A stretch of 64,000 bases of DNA from an uncultured Bacillota bacterium (GCA_963804645.1 CAWDRG010000009.1:64001-128000); one strand, 5' to 3'. Shown: positions 1 through 10,500, numbered from the stretch's first letter. Program-made: numbers and translations. The notes: generated by a model from the sequence alone, not told the origin.

Positions 1-998
1 CGCACCGCCCACCGGGCCAGCCCCGCCGTCTGCGGCATGGAGTTCGTGCCGAAGTCGTCCGCATCGACCGCGCCCGTGGAATCGATGTTGACGTGGACGA
101 GGCAGCGCGCGTTGAGCTCCAGCCAGTGCGTGTCGGCGTACCACGCCGACGACGAGTAGCGGCCGTGCGAGTGCCCGGACCAGAACAAGATCCGGAGGCC
201 GCGGCGCAGCCGCTTCCGGTACGGCGCGAGCACCCGCGCCACTTCCAGCATGGTCGCGTTGGCGCTCCCGTTGTCCATCGCGCCCAGGTACCAGCCGTCG
301 AGGTGCCCGGAGAACATCACGAAGCGGTCCTCCGCCTCGCGGTGCCCGGGCTCGAGGTCTCCCACCACGATCGGCGTCTTGGTCCACCCCGTGTGCACTT
401 CCGCGGTCGCGCGCACCTCGACGCGCCCCGCGAGACACAGCTCGCGCAGCGCCTCGCCGTCCGCACGCGCGACGGACACGAGGACCACGTTCGGCAGCGC
501 GCCGAGCGTGGCCGCCGAGGGGCTGCCCCACACGGGCGAGCAGCACATCTCGTGCGGCGCGCGGCCGGCGTAGCAGACGAGCCCCGCGACGCCCGCCGTG
601 GTCGCGTTCACCGCGACCTGCGGGGTCGCGCGGCCGTCGATCAATGCGAACGCGCCCGGCCCGACCCGTTCGAGCTCCTCGACGGTCCCCTTCCCGGCAA
701 ACACCAACTCGCCGGCCAATCCGGCGGGCGCCGTCGAGATCCCCATCGAGTGGGTGATGGCGGCCAGCACGCGCGTCTCGGGCGACGTGATCCGCAGTTC
801 CGCCTTCCCGGGCAGGCTGATGAACGCGTCGTGCATCAGGATCTGCGTCTCGAACCCAAACCGCAGGAGCTGCGTGGCGACGTACTCGGCGGCCGACCGC
901 TCGCCGGCGCTGCCGGACAGGCGCGTCCACCGCGCGATCGTGCGGTTGTACGTCGTCAGCTTCGACTGCGACACGGTCTCCAAATCGATCACGGCCAT
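1..998 (-). CDS. M28-family peptidase-like protein with PA domain (3' end runs off the window); paralog of 10501..12279
   Basis: Absent from the ORF track because it has no stop in the window. Manual translation from ATG 998 (GGGGAGGG RBS): MAVIDLETVSQSKLTTYNRTIARWTRLSGS...FSGHLDGWYLGAMDNGSANATMLEVA...FWSGHSHGRYSSSAWYADTHW, colinear with the 10501 protein. Confidence 0.88.
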   Translation of the reverse strand, partial: MAVIDLETVSQSKLTTYNRTIARWTRLSGSAGERSAAEYVATQLLRFGFETQILMHDAFISLPGKAELRITSPETRVLAAITHSMGISTAPAGLAGELVFAGKGTVEELERVGPGAFALIDGRATPQVAVNATTAGVAGLVCYAGRAPHEMCCSPVWGSPSAATLGALPNVVLVSVARADGEALRELCLAGRVEVRATAEVHTGWTKTPIVVGDLEPGHREAEDRFVMFSGHLDGWYLGAMDNGSANATMLEVARVLAPYRKRLRRGLRILFWSGHSHGRYSSSAWYADTHWLELNARCLVHVNIDSTGAVDADDFGTNSMPQTAGLARWAV

Positions 999-1173
999 CC
1001 CTCCCCGCGCCGGCGCATCCCTCGCGCGGCCCGCCGGCCTGTGCTGGTGAACAACTTCGTGCACCCCAACGTTTCCCCTGGAGACGGCGCGCCGGCAGGA
1101 GTCATTAGGGACGGCACGAAGCCAACGCGACCGGCGGGGCGCGCGCGCACGCCGCCGGCCACAGGAGGACACG

Positions 1174-2976
1174 ATGCGTACACGCAGGGCGCGGGATCTC
1201 GTGCAAGGCCTTCGATCCGGGCGGATCACCCGCCGCGAGGCGATCCTCCGAGCGGCGGCGGTCGGCCTGTCGGCGGGCGGGATCGCATCGCTCGTCTCGC
1301 AGGCGGCGCCGGGAATCGCGCGCGCCGCCGCCCCCGCCAAGCGCGGCAGCGCGGGCACGCTCAAGCTCCTCTACTGGCAGGCGCCCACGATCCTCAACGC
1401 CCACCTCTCACACGGCACGAAGGACTTCGAGGCGGCGCGAATCTGCTGCGAGCCGCTGCTGACGGTCGACGCGGCCGGCAACTTCACGCCGGTGCTGGCC
1501 GACCGCGTGCCGTCCCGGGCAAACGGCCAGCTGGCGGCGGACGGCACCTCGATCGTCTACACGCTGAAGCGCGGCGTCAAATGGGCCGACGGCCGGCCGT
1601 TCACGTCCGACGACGTCGTGTTCACGTTCCAATTCGTGCAGAACAAGCAGAGCGGCGCGACCACCTACGCCAGCTACGTGAACGTGGCGAAGGTGGAGCC
1701 CCTCAACGCGTATACCGTCAAGGTCACGTTCAAGGCGCCGACGCCGGCATGGTATCTCCCGTTCGTCGGCACGAACGGCGTCATCGTCCCGCGCCACGCG
1801 CTCGACGGCTACGTCGGCACGAACGCGCAGAACGCTCCGTTCAACAGTCAGGCGTTCGGCACCGGGCCCTACAAGGTGGATCAGTTCCGGCCGGGCGACC
1901 TCGTCGTGTTCTCGATCAACGAGTACTATCGCGACCCCGACAAGCCGGCATTCTCGCAGGTGCAGATGAAGGGCGGCGGCGACGCGACCTCGGCCGCGCG
2001 CGCGGCGCTGCAGACCGGCGAATACGACTACGCGTGGAACCTGCAGGTCGAGTGGCCGGTCCTGCAGGCGATGATGAACGGCGGCCGCGGGACCGTGATC
2101 ACCGGCAGCGGCGGCGGCGTGGAGATGATCCTCTGCAACATGACCGACCCCAACAAGACCGTGGACGGGCAGCGCTCGTCGCTCAAGGCGCCGCACCCGT
2201 TTCTGACGGACCCCAAGCTCCGCCAAGCGCTGGCGATGGCCGTCGACCGGCAGACGATCGCCGCACAGCTGTACGGTGTGGAGGGTGACGCCACCGCGAA
2301 CGTGCTGACGACGCCGACGAACCTGGCGTCGAAGAACACCAAGATCGTCTACGACGTCGGACGGGCGAACCAGCTGCTCGACGAGGCCGGCTACCGGCGC
2401 GGGCCAGACGGCATCCGCGCGAAGGGCGACGTCAAACTGCAGCTGACGCTCGCGACCACGGTCAACTCCCTGCGGCAGAAAGAGCAGGAGGTCATCAAGC
2501 AGGGCTGGGGGCAGCTCGGCGTCGTCACCACGCTCAAGGCCGTGGACGCCGGGGTCTTCTTCAGCACCGATCCGGGCAACAACGACACCGACGCGCATTT
2601 CTACAACGACGTCGAGATGCTGACCTCGACGTACGGCTCGCCGTTTCCAAGCGGGTACATGGCCCGCTACTACAGCGGCCAGCCGGAGAAGGACCTGCCG
2701 CAGAAAGAGAACGCCTGGTCGGGGTTCAACTATCCGCGGTGGCAGAACCCGGAGTACAACAAGCTGTACGATGCGGCGCAGGCCGAGTTCGACCCGAAGA
2801 AAAACGCGCAGCTCTGGATCCAGATGAACGATCTCGTCGTGGCGCAGGGCGTGTCGATCCCGCTCGTCGATCGCAAGATGGTCTCGGGGCACGCGTCCAG
2901 CCTGGACGTCGGCAGCAACCTCAGCCCGTTCGACAACGAGACACGCAACATCGCCGACTGGCAGCGCCGCGGGTAG
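1174..2976 (+). CDS. Peptide/nickel ABC transporter substrate-binding protein (SBP family 5), Tat-exported
   Basis: AGGAGG RBS; TRREAI twin-arginine signal; LKRGVKWADGRPFTSDDVVFT and GTGPYK family-5 motifs. Confidence 0.92.
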   Translation: MRTRRARDLVQGLRSGRITRREAILRAAAVGLSAGGIASLVSQAAPGIARAAAPAKRGSAGTLKLLYWQAPTILNAHLSHGTKDFEAARICCEPLLTVDAAGNFTPVLADRVPSRANGQLAADGTSIVYTLKRGVKWADGRPFTSDDVVFTFQFVQNKQSGATTYASYVNVAKVEPLNAYTVKVTFKAPTPAWYLPFVGTNGVIVPRHALDGYVGTNAQNAPFNSQAFGTGPYKVDQFRPGDLVVFSINEYYRDPDKPAFSQVQMKGGGDATSAARAALQTGEYDYAWNLQVEWPVLQAMMNGGRGTVITGSGGGVEMILCNMTDPNKTVDGQRSSLKAPHPFLTDPKLRQALAMAVDRQTIAAQLYGVEGDATANVLTTPTNLASKNTKIVYDVGRANQLLDEAGYRRGPDGIRAKGDVKLQLTLATTVNSLRQKEQEVIKQGWGQLGVVTTLKAVDAGVFFSTDPGNNDTDAHFYNDVEMLTSTYGSPFPSGYMARYYSGQPEKDLPQKENAWSGFNYPRWQNPEYNKLYDAAQAEFDPKKNAQLWIQMNDLVVAQGVSIPLVDRKMVSGHASSLDVGSNLSPFDNETRNIADWQRRG

Positions 2977-3023
2977 CGTCGGGGAGCGCGCACGCGGGCG
3001 GCGCCGGGACCGGGTGCGGCGGT

Positions 3024-3683
3024 TCAGCGCGGCGCGAACTGGAAGTTGCTGTACTCGGCCTCTAACGAGGCGCCGAACCGCGTCGTGGCGAGGTACTGGT
3101 AGACCAGGACCCAGGCACCTTCGATCTGCTCGTAGCGCTCGGTCGAGTCGATCGAGCCCCAGTTGTATTGGAGGGTTCCTTCGGTGACGAGCCCGCGCTC
3201 ATAGTCGATCCAGCCGACGAGCCCGTGCGGGTTCGCCTTGGGATCCCGGGCGGTGCCGCGGATCAGATAAAACGGCCGCCCGTCCTCAATCTTTTCGCCG
3301 AGCACCGTGTAGTCGAACCGCGAGAGAAACTGGTCCGCCGGCTCGGTCCCCGCAAACAGCCGCCCGATCACGACCTTGTTCAGCACCCAGCACGTCAGCC
3401 CGTACGTGCGCTGGCTGATGGTCACGGTGTTGTGACCGTGTTCGAGGCGCACCGTGCCTGTGAACTGGCAGTCGGGCCGCTCCGTGACGGGCTTGTTCAG
3501 CCGGAAGTTGAACGTGACGTCCGCCGATGCCACCGCCAGCGCATGAGCGTTGGCAGTGAGCACGCGGTTGATGATGTCCTCGGCCGTCGGCTCCTGCGCC
3601 ACCGCGGCTGCGGCCGCGCAGACCGCGACGACCACGGCGGCCAGCACGACCCGGCCCCATCGTCCCCAGGAAGCGCCGGTCAT
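3024..3683 (-). CDS. Secreted hypothetical protein, possibly LolA/lipoprotein-sorting-like beta fold
   Basis: Signal peptide ending AVA-Q, TAEDII N-terminus, LGEKIEDGRPFYLI...GWID pattern; host-like codon usage. Confidence 0.65.
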   Translation of the reverse strand: MTGASWGRWGRVVLAAVVVAVCAAAAAVAQEPTAEDIINRVLTANAHALAVASADVTFNFRLNKPVTERPDCQFTGTVRLEHGHNTVTISQRTYGLTCWVLNKVVIGRLFAGTEPADQFLSRFDYTVLGEKIEDGRPFYLIRGTARDPKANPHGLVGWIDYERGLVTEGTLQYNWGSIDSTERYEQIEGAWVLVYQYLATTRFGASLEAEYSNFQFAPR

Positions 3684-3796
3684 ATCCGGCGGGTTCCAGG
3701 CCGCGGGCCGAGGTTCCTATGTCCGGCGGCCGGGGGATCCGGCCTATCCGTGTCGAACACCGAGGGGCCTTGTGCCGCCGACGGCTAGGCGGTAGG

Positions 3797-5725
3797 ATGA
3801 ATAGCGCGCGCGCTGCGCAGATCGGCAGGAGCCGCCTCACGGTGATCCCGACAACCTCACCCTCAGTGCACCGGTATCAAGTCCTGGCCGTCGCCACGGC
3901 GATCGCCGCCTACCTGCTCATCCTGCTCGGCGGGCTGGTGCGGATCAGCGGATCGGGCATGGCGTGCCCCGACTGGCCGCTCTGCCACGGCCGGCTGATC
4001 CCGCCCCTTGAGGGGCCGGTCCTGATCGAATACGCGCACCGCCTGGTCGCGGCGTCGGTAACCGTCCTGGTCCTCGCGACCGCGTTCGCGGCGTTCGTGG
4101 TTCGGCGCGCCGTGCCGCTCGCGGGCACGACGGCGCTCGCGGTGCTGGGATTGGTGGTGGTCCAGATCGTGCTCGGCGGGCTGACCGTCAAGATGGACCT
4201 AACCCCCGGGCTCGTCACGACCCACCTCGGCGTCGCGATGCTCTTCCTCGCGGGGCTCCTGGTGCAAGCCGTCATCGCGCTGCGGAGCCCGGCTGGAGGG
4301 CTTCCGGCGCCCGCGGGGTTCCGCCGGCTGGCGTGGCTGACGCTCGCGGCGACCTACGCGATGGTCCTCATCGGCGGGTTTCTCGGCTCCAGCAGCGCCG
4401 CGCTGGCCTGCCCGTCGTTTCCGATGTGCCGGGGGACGGCACTGCTGCCGTCGGACTGGCCCGCGCACGCACACATGCTGCACCGCTTCTGGGCAGTGCT
4501 CGTCACGCTGCTGGTGATCGCGACCGCGGTGTCCGCCGCGCGCACGCGTGTTCGAGGGCTGGCCGCGATCGCGAACCTGGCCGTGGTCCTCGTGTTCGCG
4601 CAGTTCGCCGTCGGCGTGCTGAACGTCATGACGCGGCTGCTGCCCGCCGTGCAGGGGACCCATCTGGCGCTCGCAGCGGCGCTCTTCGGCACGCTGGTAG
4701 TGCTGGTCGCGCTCGCGGTGCCGCAGCCGGCGTCGGATCGGTCGTCCGCGCGGGGGCGTGTCGGGGTGCTGCGCACGATCGCCGGCGGCTCCGTCGACGA
4801 TCCTGCCGAAGCGATCCCCTGGACGCAGCCTGCCGTCCGCCCGTCGGCGATCCGCGCCGCGGCCGCGACCGCGGGCGACTATCTCGCCCTGATGAAGCCG
4901 CGCATCATCATGCTGCTTCTGATCACGACGATCACGACCATGATCGTCGCGGTCCCGCATCACCTGTCGCTCGGGATCCTGCTGCTCACGCTCCTCGGCG
5001 GCACGCTCGCCGCCGGGTCGGCGAACGCGTTCAACATGTACCTCGACCGCGACATCGATGCCGTGATGCAGCGCACCTGTCTCCGGCCCGTGCCTGCGGG
5101 GCGGCTTCGCCCCACGCACGCGGTGGGGTTCGGCATCACGACCGGGCTGCTCTCGATCCTCGTCTTCGCGTGGGGCGTGAACGTCCTCAGCGCGGCCCTG
5201 TCGACCGCCGGGATCGTGTTCTACGTCGCGGTCTACACGCGGTGGCTCAAGCGGACGACGCCGCAGAACATCGTCATCGGAGGCGCCGCGGGCGCCGTCC
5301 CCCCGCTTGTCGGGTGGGCGGCCGCGACCGGGCACCTCGCGGCGCCGGCGATCGCGCTCTTCGCTATCGTCTTTCTATGGACGCCGCCGCACTTCTGGGC
5401 GCTGGCCCTGGCGAAGGTCGATGATTACCGCGCGGCGGGCATCCCGATGCTGCCGGTCGTGCGCGGAGAGGCGGAAACGCGGCGGCAGATGTTCCTCTAT
5501 TCGCTGGCGCTCTCCGCCGCCACCCTGGTGCTCTACGTGCCGCTGCGGGCGCTCGGCCCGCTCTATCTGGTGTCGGCCGTGGTCCTCGACGCGGTCTTCA
5601 TCCTGCTCGCCTGGGCGGTGCTCACCAAGCGCAGCCCGAAGGCGGAGATGGGCCTCTTCGGATACTCGCTCCTCTACCTCGCCCTGCTGTTCATCGCGAT
5701 GGTGGTCGACCGGATCGTCAGCTAG
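3797..5725 (+). CDS. ctaAB: Fused heme A synthase (CtaA/COX15) and heme O synthase (protoheme IX farnesyltransferase, CtaB/CyoE)
   Basis: N-half GMACPDWPLC, EYAHR, HMLHR; C-half LMKPRI, NMYLDRDIDAVMQRT.RP, YTRWLKR, WTPPHFWALA. Start uncertain. Confidence 0.92.
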   Translation: MNSARAAQIGRSRLTVIPTTSPSVHRYQVLAVATAIAAYLLILLGGLVRISGSGMACPDWPLCHGRLIPPLEGPVLIEYAHRLVAASVTVLVLATAFAAFVVRRAVPLAGTTALAVLGLVVVQIVLGGLTVKMDLTPGLVTTHLGVAMLFLAGLLVQAVIALRSPAGGLPAPAGFRRLAWLTLAATYAMVLIGGFLGSSSAALACPSFPMCRGTALLPSDWPAHAHMLHRFWAVLVTLLVIATAVSAARTRVRGLAAIANLAVVLVFAQFAVGVLNVMTRLLPAVQGTHLALAAALFGTLVVLVALAVPQPASDRSSARGRVGVLRTIAGGSVDDPAEAIPWTQPAVRPSAIRAAAATAGDYLALMKPRIIMLLLITTITTMIVAVPHHLSLGILLLTLLGGTLAAGSANAFNMYLDRDIDAVMQRTCLRPVPAGRLRPTHAVGFGITTGLLSILVFAWGVNVLSAALSTAGIVFYVAVYTRWLKRTTPQNIVIGGAAGAVPPLVGWAAATGHLAAPAIALFAIVFLWTPPHFWALALAKVDDYRAAGIPMLPVVRGEAETRRQMFLYSLALSAATLVLYVPLRALGPLYLVSAVVLDAVFILLAWAVLTKRSPKAEMGLFGYSLLYLALLFIAMVVDRIVS

Positions 5726-6264
5726 CGCGCCCGAGACGCCGGCGCGAGGGACGGCAGCGCGCCCTCGTGCTCCAGCAGCCGCCGCTTGAGGTCGAGTCCT
5801 CCCCCGTATCCGACGAGCGACCCGCCCGAGCCGACGACGCGGTGGCACGGCGTCACGATGCACACGGGGTTTCGCCGGGACGCGGCCCCCACGGCCCTGG
5901 CACCCCGCATCACGCCCACGCGTGACGCGAGTGCCGCGTACGTGCAGACCTCGCCGAGCCGGATCTCCCGCATCGCACGCCACACCGAACGCTCGAACGT
6001 CGTGCCCCGTTCGTCGAGGATCAGCGGCTCGAGCTCGTCGAACCGCGAGGCGAAGTAGCGCCGCAGCCAGATCCGCGTCTGTTCGATGTGCGGGTTGGCG
6101 CCGCTGCCGGGCACGGCGCCCCCGTACCATCGGCGGAGCCTGGCCGCGTGCAGCCGCAGGCGTTCATCGCGATGAAACTCTAACTCGCACAGGCCGCGCT
6201 CGGACGCGATCGCCACCAGGGGGCCGACCGGCGTCTCGAGGATCGTTTCCCACAGCACCTCCAC
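5722..6264 (-). CDS. ogt: Methylated-DNA-[protein]-cysteine S-methyltransferase
   Basis: GT.FERSVW, ARAVG, NPVCIVTPCHRV active-site motif, GYGGG; GTG at 6264 with GGAGGGG RBS. The longer track ORF runs through the tRNA. Confidence 0.92.
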   Translation of the reverse strand: MEVLWETILETPVGPLVAIASERGLCELEFHRDERLRLHAARLRRWYGGAVPGSGANPHIEQTRIWLRRYFASRFDELEPLILDERGTTFERSVWRAMREIRLGEVCTYAALASRVGVMRGARAVGAASRRNPVCIVTPCHRVVGSGGSLVGYGGGLDLKRRLLEHEGALPSLAPASRAR

Positions 6265-6392
6265 GATCGCCCCTCCAAACCAATCGCATCCCGCGGCCGA
6301 ACCTGGTTCGGGAGTCTCCGCCGGGTCACGCCGTCTCTGCGCATGCGCCGGGGGCCGTCGCGGTCCGCCCGCACGACCCCCGTCAATGAAAC

Positions 6393-6467
6393 TGGCTCCT
6401 CGGGTAGGATTCGAACCTACAACCCTCCGGTTAACAGCCGGATGCTCTACCATTGAGCTACCGAGGA
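6393..6467 (-). tRNA. tRNA-Asn (GTT)
   Basis: TCCTCGG TAGCTCAATGGTAGAGC A TCCGG CTGTTAA CCGGA ... GTAGG TTCGAAT CCTAC CCGAGGA GCCA: full cloverleaf with encoded CCA. Confidence 0.98.
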
Positions 6468-6478
6468 ACACTCCCCTG

Positions 6479-6508
6479 ATTCTAGGGATCTACACGACGG
6501 GGTGTCAA
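6479..6508 (-). promoter_or_regulatory. Sigma70-type promoter of tRNA-Asn
   Basis: TTGACA-N18-TAGAAT on the minus strand, ending 11 nt before the tRNA. Confidence 0.75.
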
Positions 6509-6682
6509 GGGCCCGAAGTGCCTTAGACGTGTTGCTGCCGAGCGTAGTGCTACCGAGCGCCGACGTGCTGCCTCACCATTGCTGTTACCCAAAACTCGGG
6601 CGCGGCGGCGGTCCGGGCCGTGCCGGCGACACGCCGCGTCAGTCCGCGCGTGAGTCCACGCACCCCGCGCGCAGCCGCCGTC

Positions 6683-6711
6683 TTGACGTGCGTCGGACAC
6701 GCGCGGATAAT
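6683..6711 (+). promoter_or_regulatory. Sigma70-type promoter of the MFS-MgtC operon
   Basis: TTGACG-N17-GATAAT about 30 nt upstream of ATG 6741. Confidence 0.65.
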
Positions 6712-6740
6712 GATATCCGTTTCGAAGGGGGTCAACACGG

Positions 6741-7940
6741 ATGAGCTCGCGTTCGCCCATCGGCAATCGAGGTCTCATAGTCTTGTTCCTGGCGATCTTC
6801 GTCGTAATGATGGGCTTCGGCATCGTCCTGCCGGTGCTCCAGTTCTACGCCCGCGCCGTCGGGGCCACGCCGCTCCAGATCGGGCTGCTGGCGACCAGCT
6901 ACGCGTTCATGCAGTTCCTGTTCGCGCCGCTGTGGGGCGGCCTCAGTGACCGGATCGGCCGCAAGCCGGTGTTCTCGGTCGGCCTGATCGGCTACGCGAT
7001 CTCGTTCGTCATGTTCGGCCTCTCGCACCAGGTCTGGGAGCTGTTCGCGGCACGGATTCTCGGCGGCATTCTCAGCGCCGCGACGCTGCCGACCGCGATG
7101 GCGTACATCGGCGACACCACGTCGGAGGAGCGGCGCGGCGGCGGGATGGGCATGATGGGCGCCGCGATGGGTCTTGGCTTCACGATCGGGCCCGGGATCG
7201 GCGGCCTCCTCGGACGGCACAACCTCGCGCTGCCGTTCTTCGTGGGCGCCGGGCTGGCGCTCGTCACCCTCGCGCTCAGCTGGGGGGCGCTGCCCGAGCC
7301 GATCCGGCACGACTCCTCCTGGGAGCGGCCCCGCCGCCTGACCGCGATCCGGATGGCGCTCAGCGGGCCGCTGGCGTTCTACTTTACCGTGACGCTCGTG
7401 GCGGCGTTCGCGCTCGCCAGCCTCGAGGCGACGTATGCGTTGTTCGCGCAGGACCGGCTGGGGCTCAGCAGCACCGCCGGGGCGGGCGCGATCGGCTTGG
7501 TGTTCGTGACCGTCGGGATCGTCCAGGCGATCATCCTCGGCGGGCTCGTCGGGCGCCTGATCAACCGGTTCGGGGAGGAACGCCTCGTGCGCGGCGGCCT
7601 GGTGATCGCCGCGGTCGGGTACCTGCTCATCACGCAGACGCACAGCATTGCGACGCTCGCACTGTACGCCGCAGTCGCCGGCGTCGGGCACGCGCTGATG
7701 CGCCCCAGCGTCGCGTCGTTGATCTCCAAGCGCACGACGGGCGGCATGGGGTTATCGATCGGGATCATGGATTCGTTCGACAGCCTCGGGCGCATCCTCG
7801 GGCCGACGTGGGGCGGTCTCGTCTACCACGCGGGCATCGTCCTGCCGTACGTGAGCGGGGCGGTGGCCCTCGCCGTCACGGCGGGCTACGCGTACCTCGC
7901 AACCTCCCGCCGCGTCGCGGTCGAGGCCGCGCCCGAATAG
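6741..7940 (+). CDS. MFS transporter (DHA1/TetA-like)
   Basis: GFGIVLPVL, motif A GGLSDRIGRKPV, motif C GFTIGPGIGG, 12 hydrophobic segments. Confidence 0.9.
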   Translation: MSSRSPIGNRGLIVLFLAIFVVMMGFGIVLPVLQFYARAVGATPLQIGLLATSYAFMQFLFAPLWGGLSDRIGRKPVFSVGLIGYAISFVMFGLSHQVWELFAARILGGILSAATLPTAMAYIGDTTSEERRGGGMGMMGAAMGLGFTIGPGIGGLLGRHNLALPFFVGAGLALVTLALSWGALPEPIRHDSSWERPRRLTAIRMALSGPLAFYFTVTLVAAFALASLEATYALFAQDRLGLSSTAGAGAIGLVFVTVGIVQAIILGGLVGRLINRFGEERLVRGGLVIAAVGYLLITQTHSIATLALYAAVAGVGHALMRPSVASLISKRTTGGMGLSIGIMDSFDSLGRILGPTWGGLVYHAGIVLPYVSGAVALAVTAGYAYLATSRRVAVEAAPE

Positions 7941-7944
7941 CGCG

Positions 7945-9210
7945 ATGCCGCCGATCGCGCTCAACGCGCCGGGAGACTTCCTCGTCCTGATGGAGCGCGT
8001 CGGCATCTCGCTCGCAATCGGCATGATGGTGGGCCTCGAGCGCGAATGGGCGCATAAGGACGTCGGCGTCCGGACGTTCGCCTTCGTGACGCTGGCGTTT
8101 ACGCTCGCGTGGACGATCTCCCCGATCACCGCCTACATCCTGCTGGTGGCGCTGATCCCGCTGGTCACGCTCCTGAACTGGCGGAGCATGACGCGGGATG
8201 GGACGTTGGAGCTCACCACCACGGCCGCGCTGCTTGCGACTGGGCTCCTCGGCATCCTCGTCGGGCAGGGCCTGTTCCTGGTGGCCGCCGCGTGCGCCGT
8301 CGTCATCACGGTCTTGCTGGCGTGGAAATCCGAGGTCGTACGGTTCGCCGGCACGCTGACGAACGAGGAGATCCGAGGGGCGCTGGTCCTGCTCGTGGTC
8401 GCGGTCGTCGTGTACCCGCTGCTCCCGACCGGGTGGGTGGATCCGTGGCACCTGGTCAACCTCCGGTCGGCGTGGACCGTCATCGTGGTGATCTCCGCGA
8501 TCGCGTTCACCAACTACGTGCTGCTGCGCATCTACGGGACGCGCGGGATCCGGTGGGCGGGCCTGCTCGGGGGACTCGTCAACAGCACGGCGACCGTCGC
8601 GGAGCTCGCGAGCCGGGCGCGCACCGACCCGGACCGCCTCTCGCTGTTTGCACTCCTCGGGATGGCAACCGCCAACACGGCGATGCTGCTGCGCAACGGG
8701 TTCATCCTCGGCGTGTTCGACCCGTTCGCGCTCTCGTACGGGTGGCTGTCGGTCGTCCTCATGGTCGCGACGAGCGCCATCATCATGTACCGGGTGCATG
8801 TGCGCGACGCGGTGACGGCGCCGCTCCACATGGCGTCCCCGATCTCCGTGCGCCACGCCCTCACGTTCGGGGCGCTGTTCGTGGTGATCACGATCGCCGG
8901 CGAACTGGCCAACCGCGAATTCGGGCAGGCGGGCTTTCTCGCCGTCGCAGTGGTCGGGGGACTCGTCAGCAGCGCCTCCACCTCCGCCGCGGCGGGCATC
9001 CTCGCGGCGCAAGGGTCTCTGCGCCCCGACCTGGCGGGGTACGGCGTCGTGCTCGCCTCGATGGCCAGCGTGCTCTTCCACGTCCCGGTGGTGCAGATGG
9101 CGGGCCACAACCGCCCCCTGACGCGGCGCCTCGCCGTGCTGTCCCTGCTCGTGCTCGGCGCGGGCGCGCTCGGCCTGGTCGCCGAAGCGCTGCTGAACCG
9201 CCGCTTCTGA
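7945..9210 (+). CDS. MgtC/SapB-family membrane protein (DUF4010-type long form)
   Basis: GLEREW...GVRTF MgtC motif; GGLVNSTA and GGLVSSAS internal repeat. Confidence 0.85.
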   Translation: MPPIALNAPGDFLVLMERVGISLAIGMMVGLEREWAHKDVGVRTFAFVTLAFTLAWTISPITAYILLVALIPLVTLLNWRSMTRDGTLELTTTAALLATGLLGILVGQGLFLVAAACAVVITVLLAWKSEVVRFAGTLTNEEIRGALVLLVVAVVVYPLLPTGWVDPWHLVNLRSAWTVIVVISAIAFTNYVLLRIYGTRGIRWAGLLGGLVNSTATVAELASRARTDPDRLSLFALLGMATANTAMLLRNGFILGVFDPFALSYGWLSVVLMVATSAIIMYRVHVRDAVTAPLHMASPISVRHALTFGALFVVITIAGELANREFGQAGFLAVAVVGGLVSSASTSAAAGILAAQGSLRPDLAGYGVVLASMASVLFHVPVVQMAGHNRPLTRRLAVLSLLVLGAGALGLVAEALLNRRF

Positions 9211-9300
9211 GCGCTCCGCAGGGATCCCGCGCAACCGTCGGGGAGGAGCCGCCGGCTCCCGGGAGAAACGGGGTCCCATGATGAGCGGAGCGCGCGCGCG

Positions 9301-10407
9301 GTGACGTCGCGGGAGTGGGTCGGCCGGACGGCCGCGGTCATCGGGATGGTCGTGCTGGCGTGGATGCTGCTGCGGTTCCTCGTCCACGTCGTGGACGTCT
9401 TGATCCTGCTCCTGATGGCGGCGATCTTTGCCGCCGGCCTGTCCCCCCTCGTCTCGGCGCTCGAGCGGCGGGCCCTGCCCGGGGGCAGGCGGCTCCCCAC
9501 GGGCGTTGTGATCCTCGTCATCTATCTCGCGACGTTCCTCGTGTTCGCCGGTCTCTTGTCCGCCATCATCGTGCCGGCGATCGGCGAAGGGCACGCGTTC
9601 ATCGCGAACCTGCCGCAGTTGCTCGCAACGCTCCAGGGCTGGACCGTTGAGATGCGGCAGCGGTTTCCGTGGCTCCCGAACGTCTCGCCGAGCCTGCAGC
9701 AGATTCCACACGACCTGACGACCCTGTCGCGATACGGATCGACCGCGGCCGGCATCGCGTCGCTCTTCGCCGGCGGGGTGGGCGCGCTCTTCGCCATCCT
9801 CGTCCTGACCTTCTACATGCTGCTCGAGAGCGGGCCGATGAAGACCTCGTTCCTCGGGCTCTTTCCGCCGGACCATCGTGCCCGCGTCGAGCTCGTACTC
9901 TTGGATATCGGCGCAAAGTTCGGCGGGTGGCTGCGGGCGCAGCTGCTGCTCTCGGGCGTCGTCGCCGCGATCGTGACGATTGGCATGGTGGCGCTCGGCA
10001 TGCCGTTCCCGTCGCTCATCGGGATCGTGGCCGGACTGGGGGAGTTGGTGCCGCTGCTCGGTCCGACCCTCAGCGCCGTGGTGGCGGTCCTCATCGGGCT
10101 GTCCCAACCGCTGTGGCGCCTCGTCGCGGTCGTCATCTTCTACATCATCGTCATGAACGTCGAGCCACACATCCTTGTGCCCCGCATCATGTCGCGCGCC
10201 GTCGGGATCTCCCCGCTGCTCGCGCTCGTCGCGCTGCTCTCGGGCATCGAGCTGACGGGGATCCTCGGCGGGCTCCTCGCGATCCCGGTCGCCGCCGCGC
10301 TGCAGGTGGTGGTCTCCGAGATCGCCCGCGCGATCCAGCCCGAGGCCGTGGTGGCCGCGTCGGAGTCCGCGCACCCCGACGGCGAGCGGACTCCGTCACC
10401 GCGCTGA
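9301..10407 (+). CDS. AI-2E family transporter (PerM-like)
   Basis: LTFYMLLE, GGWLRAQ, ELVPLLGP, PRIMSRAVGISP, GGLLAIP. Confidence 0.9.
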   Translation: MTSREWVGRTAAVIGMVVLAWMLLRFLVHVVDVLILLLMAAIFAAGLSPLVSALERRALPGGRRLPTGVVILVIYLATFLVFAGLLSAIIVPAIGEGHAFIANLPQLLATLQGWTVEMRQRFPWLPNVSPSLQQIPHDLTTLSRYGSTAAGIASLFAGGVGALFAILVLTFYMLLESGPMKTSFLGLFPPDHRARVELVLLDIGAKFGGWLRAQLLLSGVVAAIVTIGMVALGMPFPSLIGIVAGLGELVPLLGPTLSAVVAVLIGLSQPLWRLVAVVIFYIIVMNVEPHILVPRIMSRAVGISPLLALVALLSGIELTGILGGLLAIPVAAALQVVVSEIARAIQPEAVVAASESAHPDGERTPSPR

Positions 10408-10500
10408 GCCAAGGGGCGCGCTCGCAGGCTCCAGGAAAGCGGCGCCGCCCCTCGAATCCTGTTCGTGACCCCCATCTCGAGCGCTCGTCAGGAGGCAGCC

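Noticed and set aside
6265..6471. N-terminal extension of Ogt in the ORF track
   Set aside because: It runs through the tRNA-Asn gene; the RBS supports GTG 6264.
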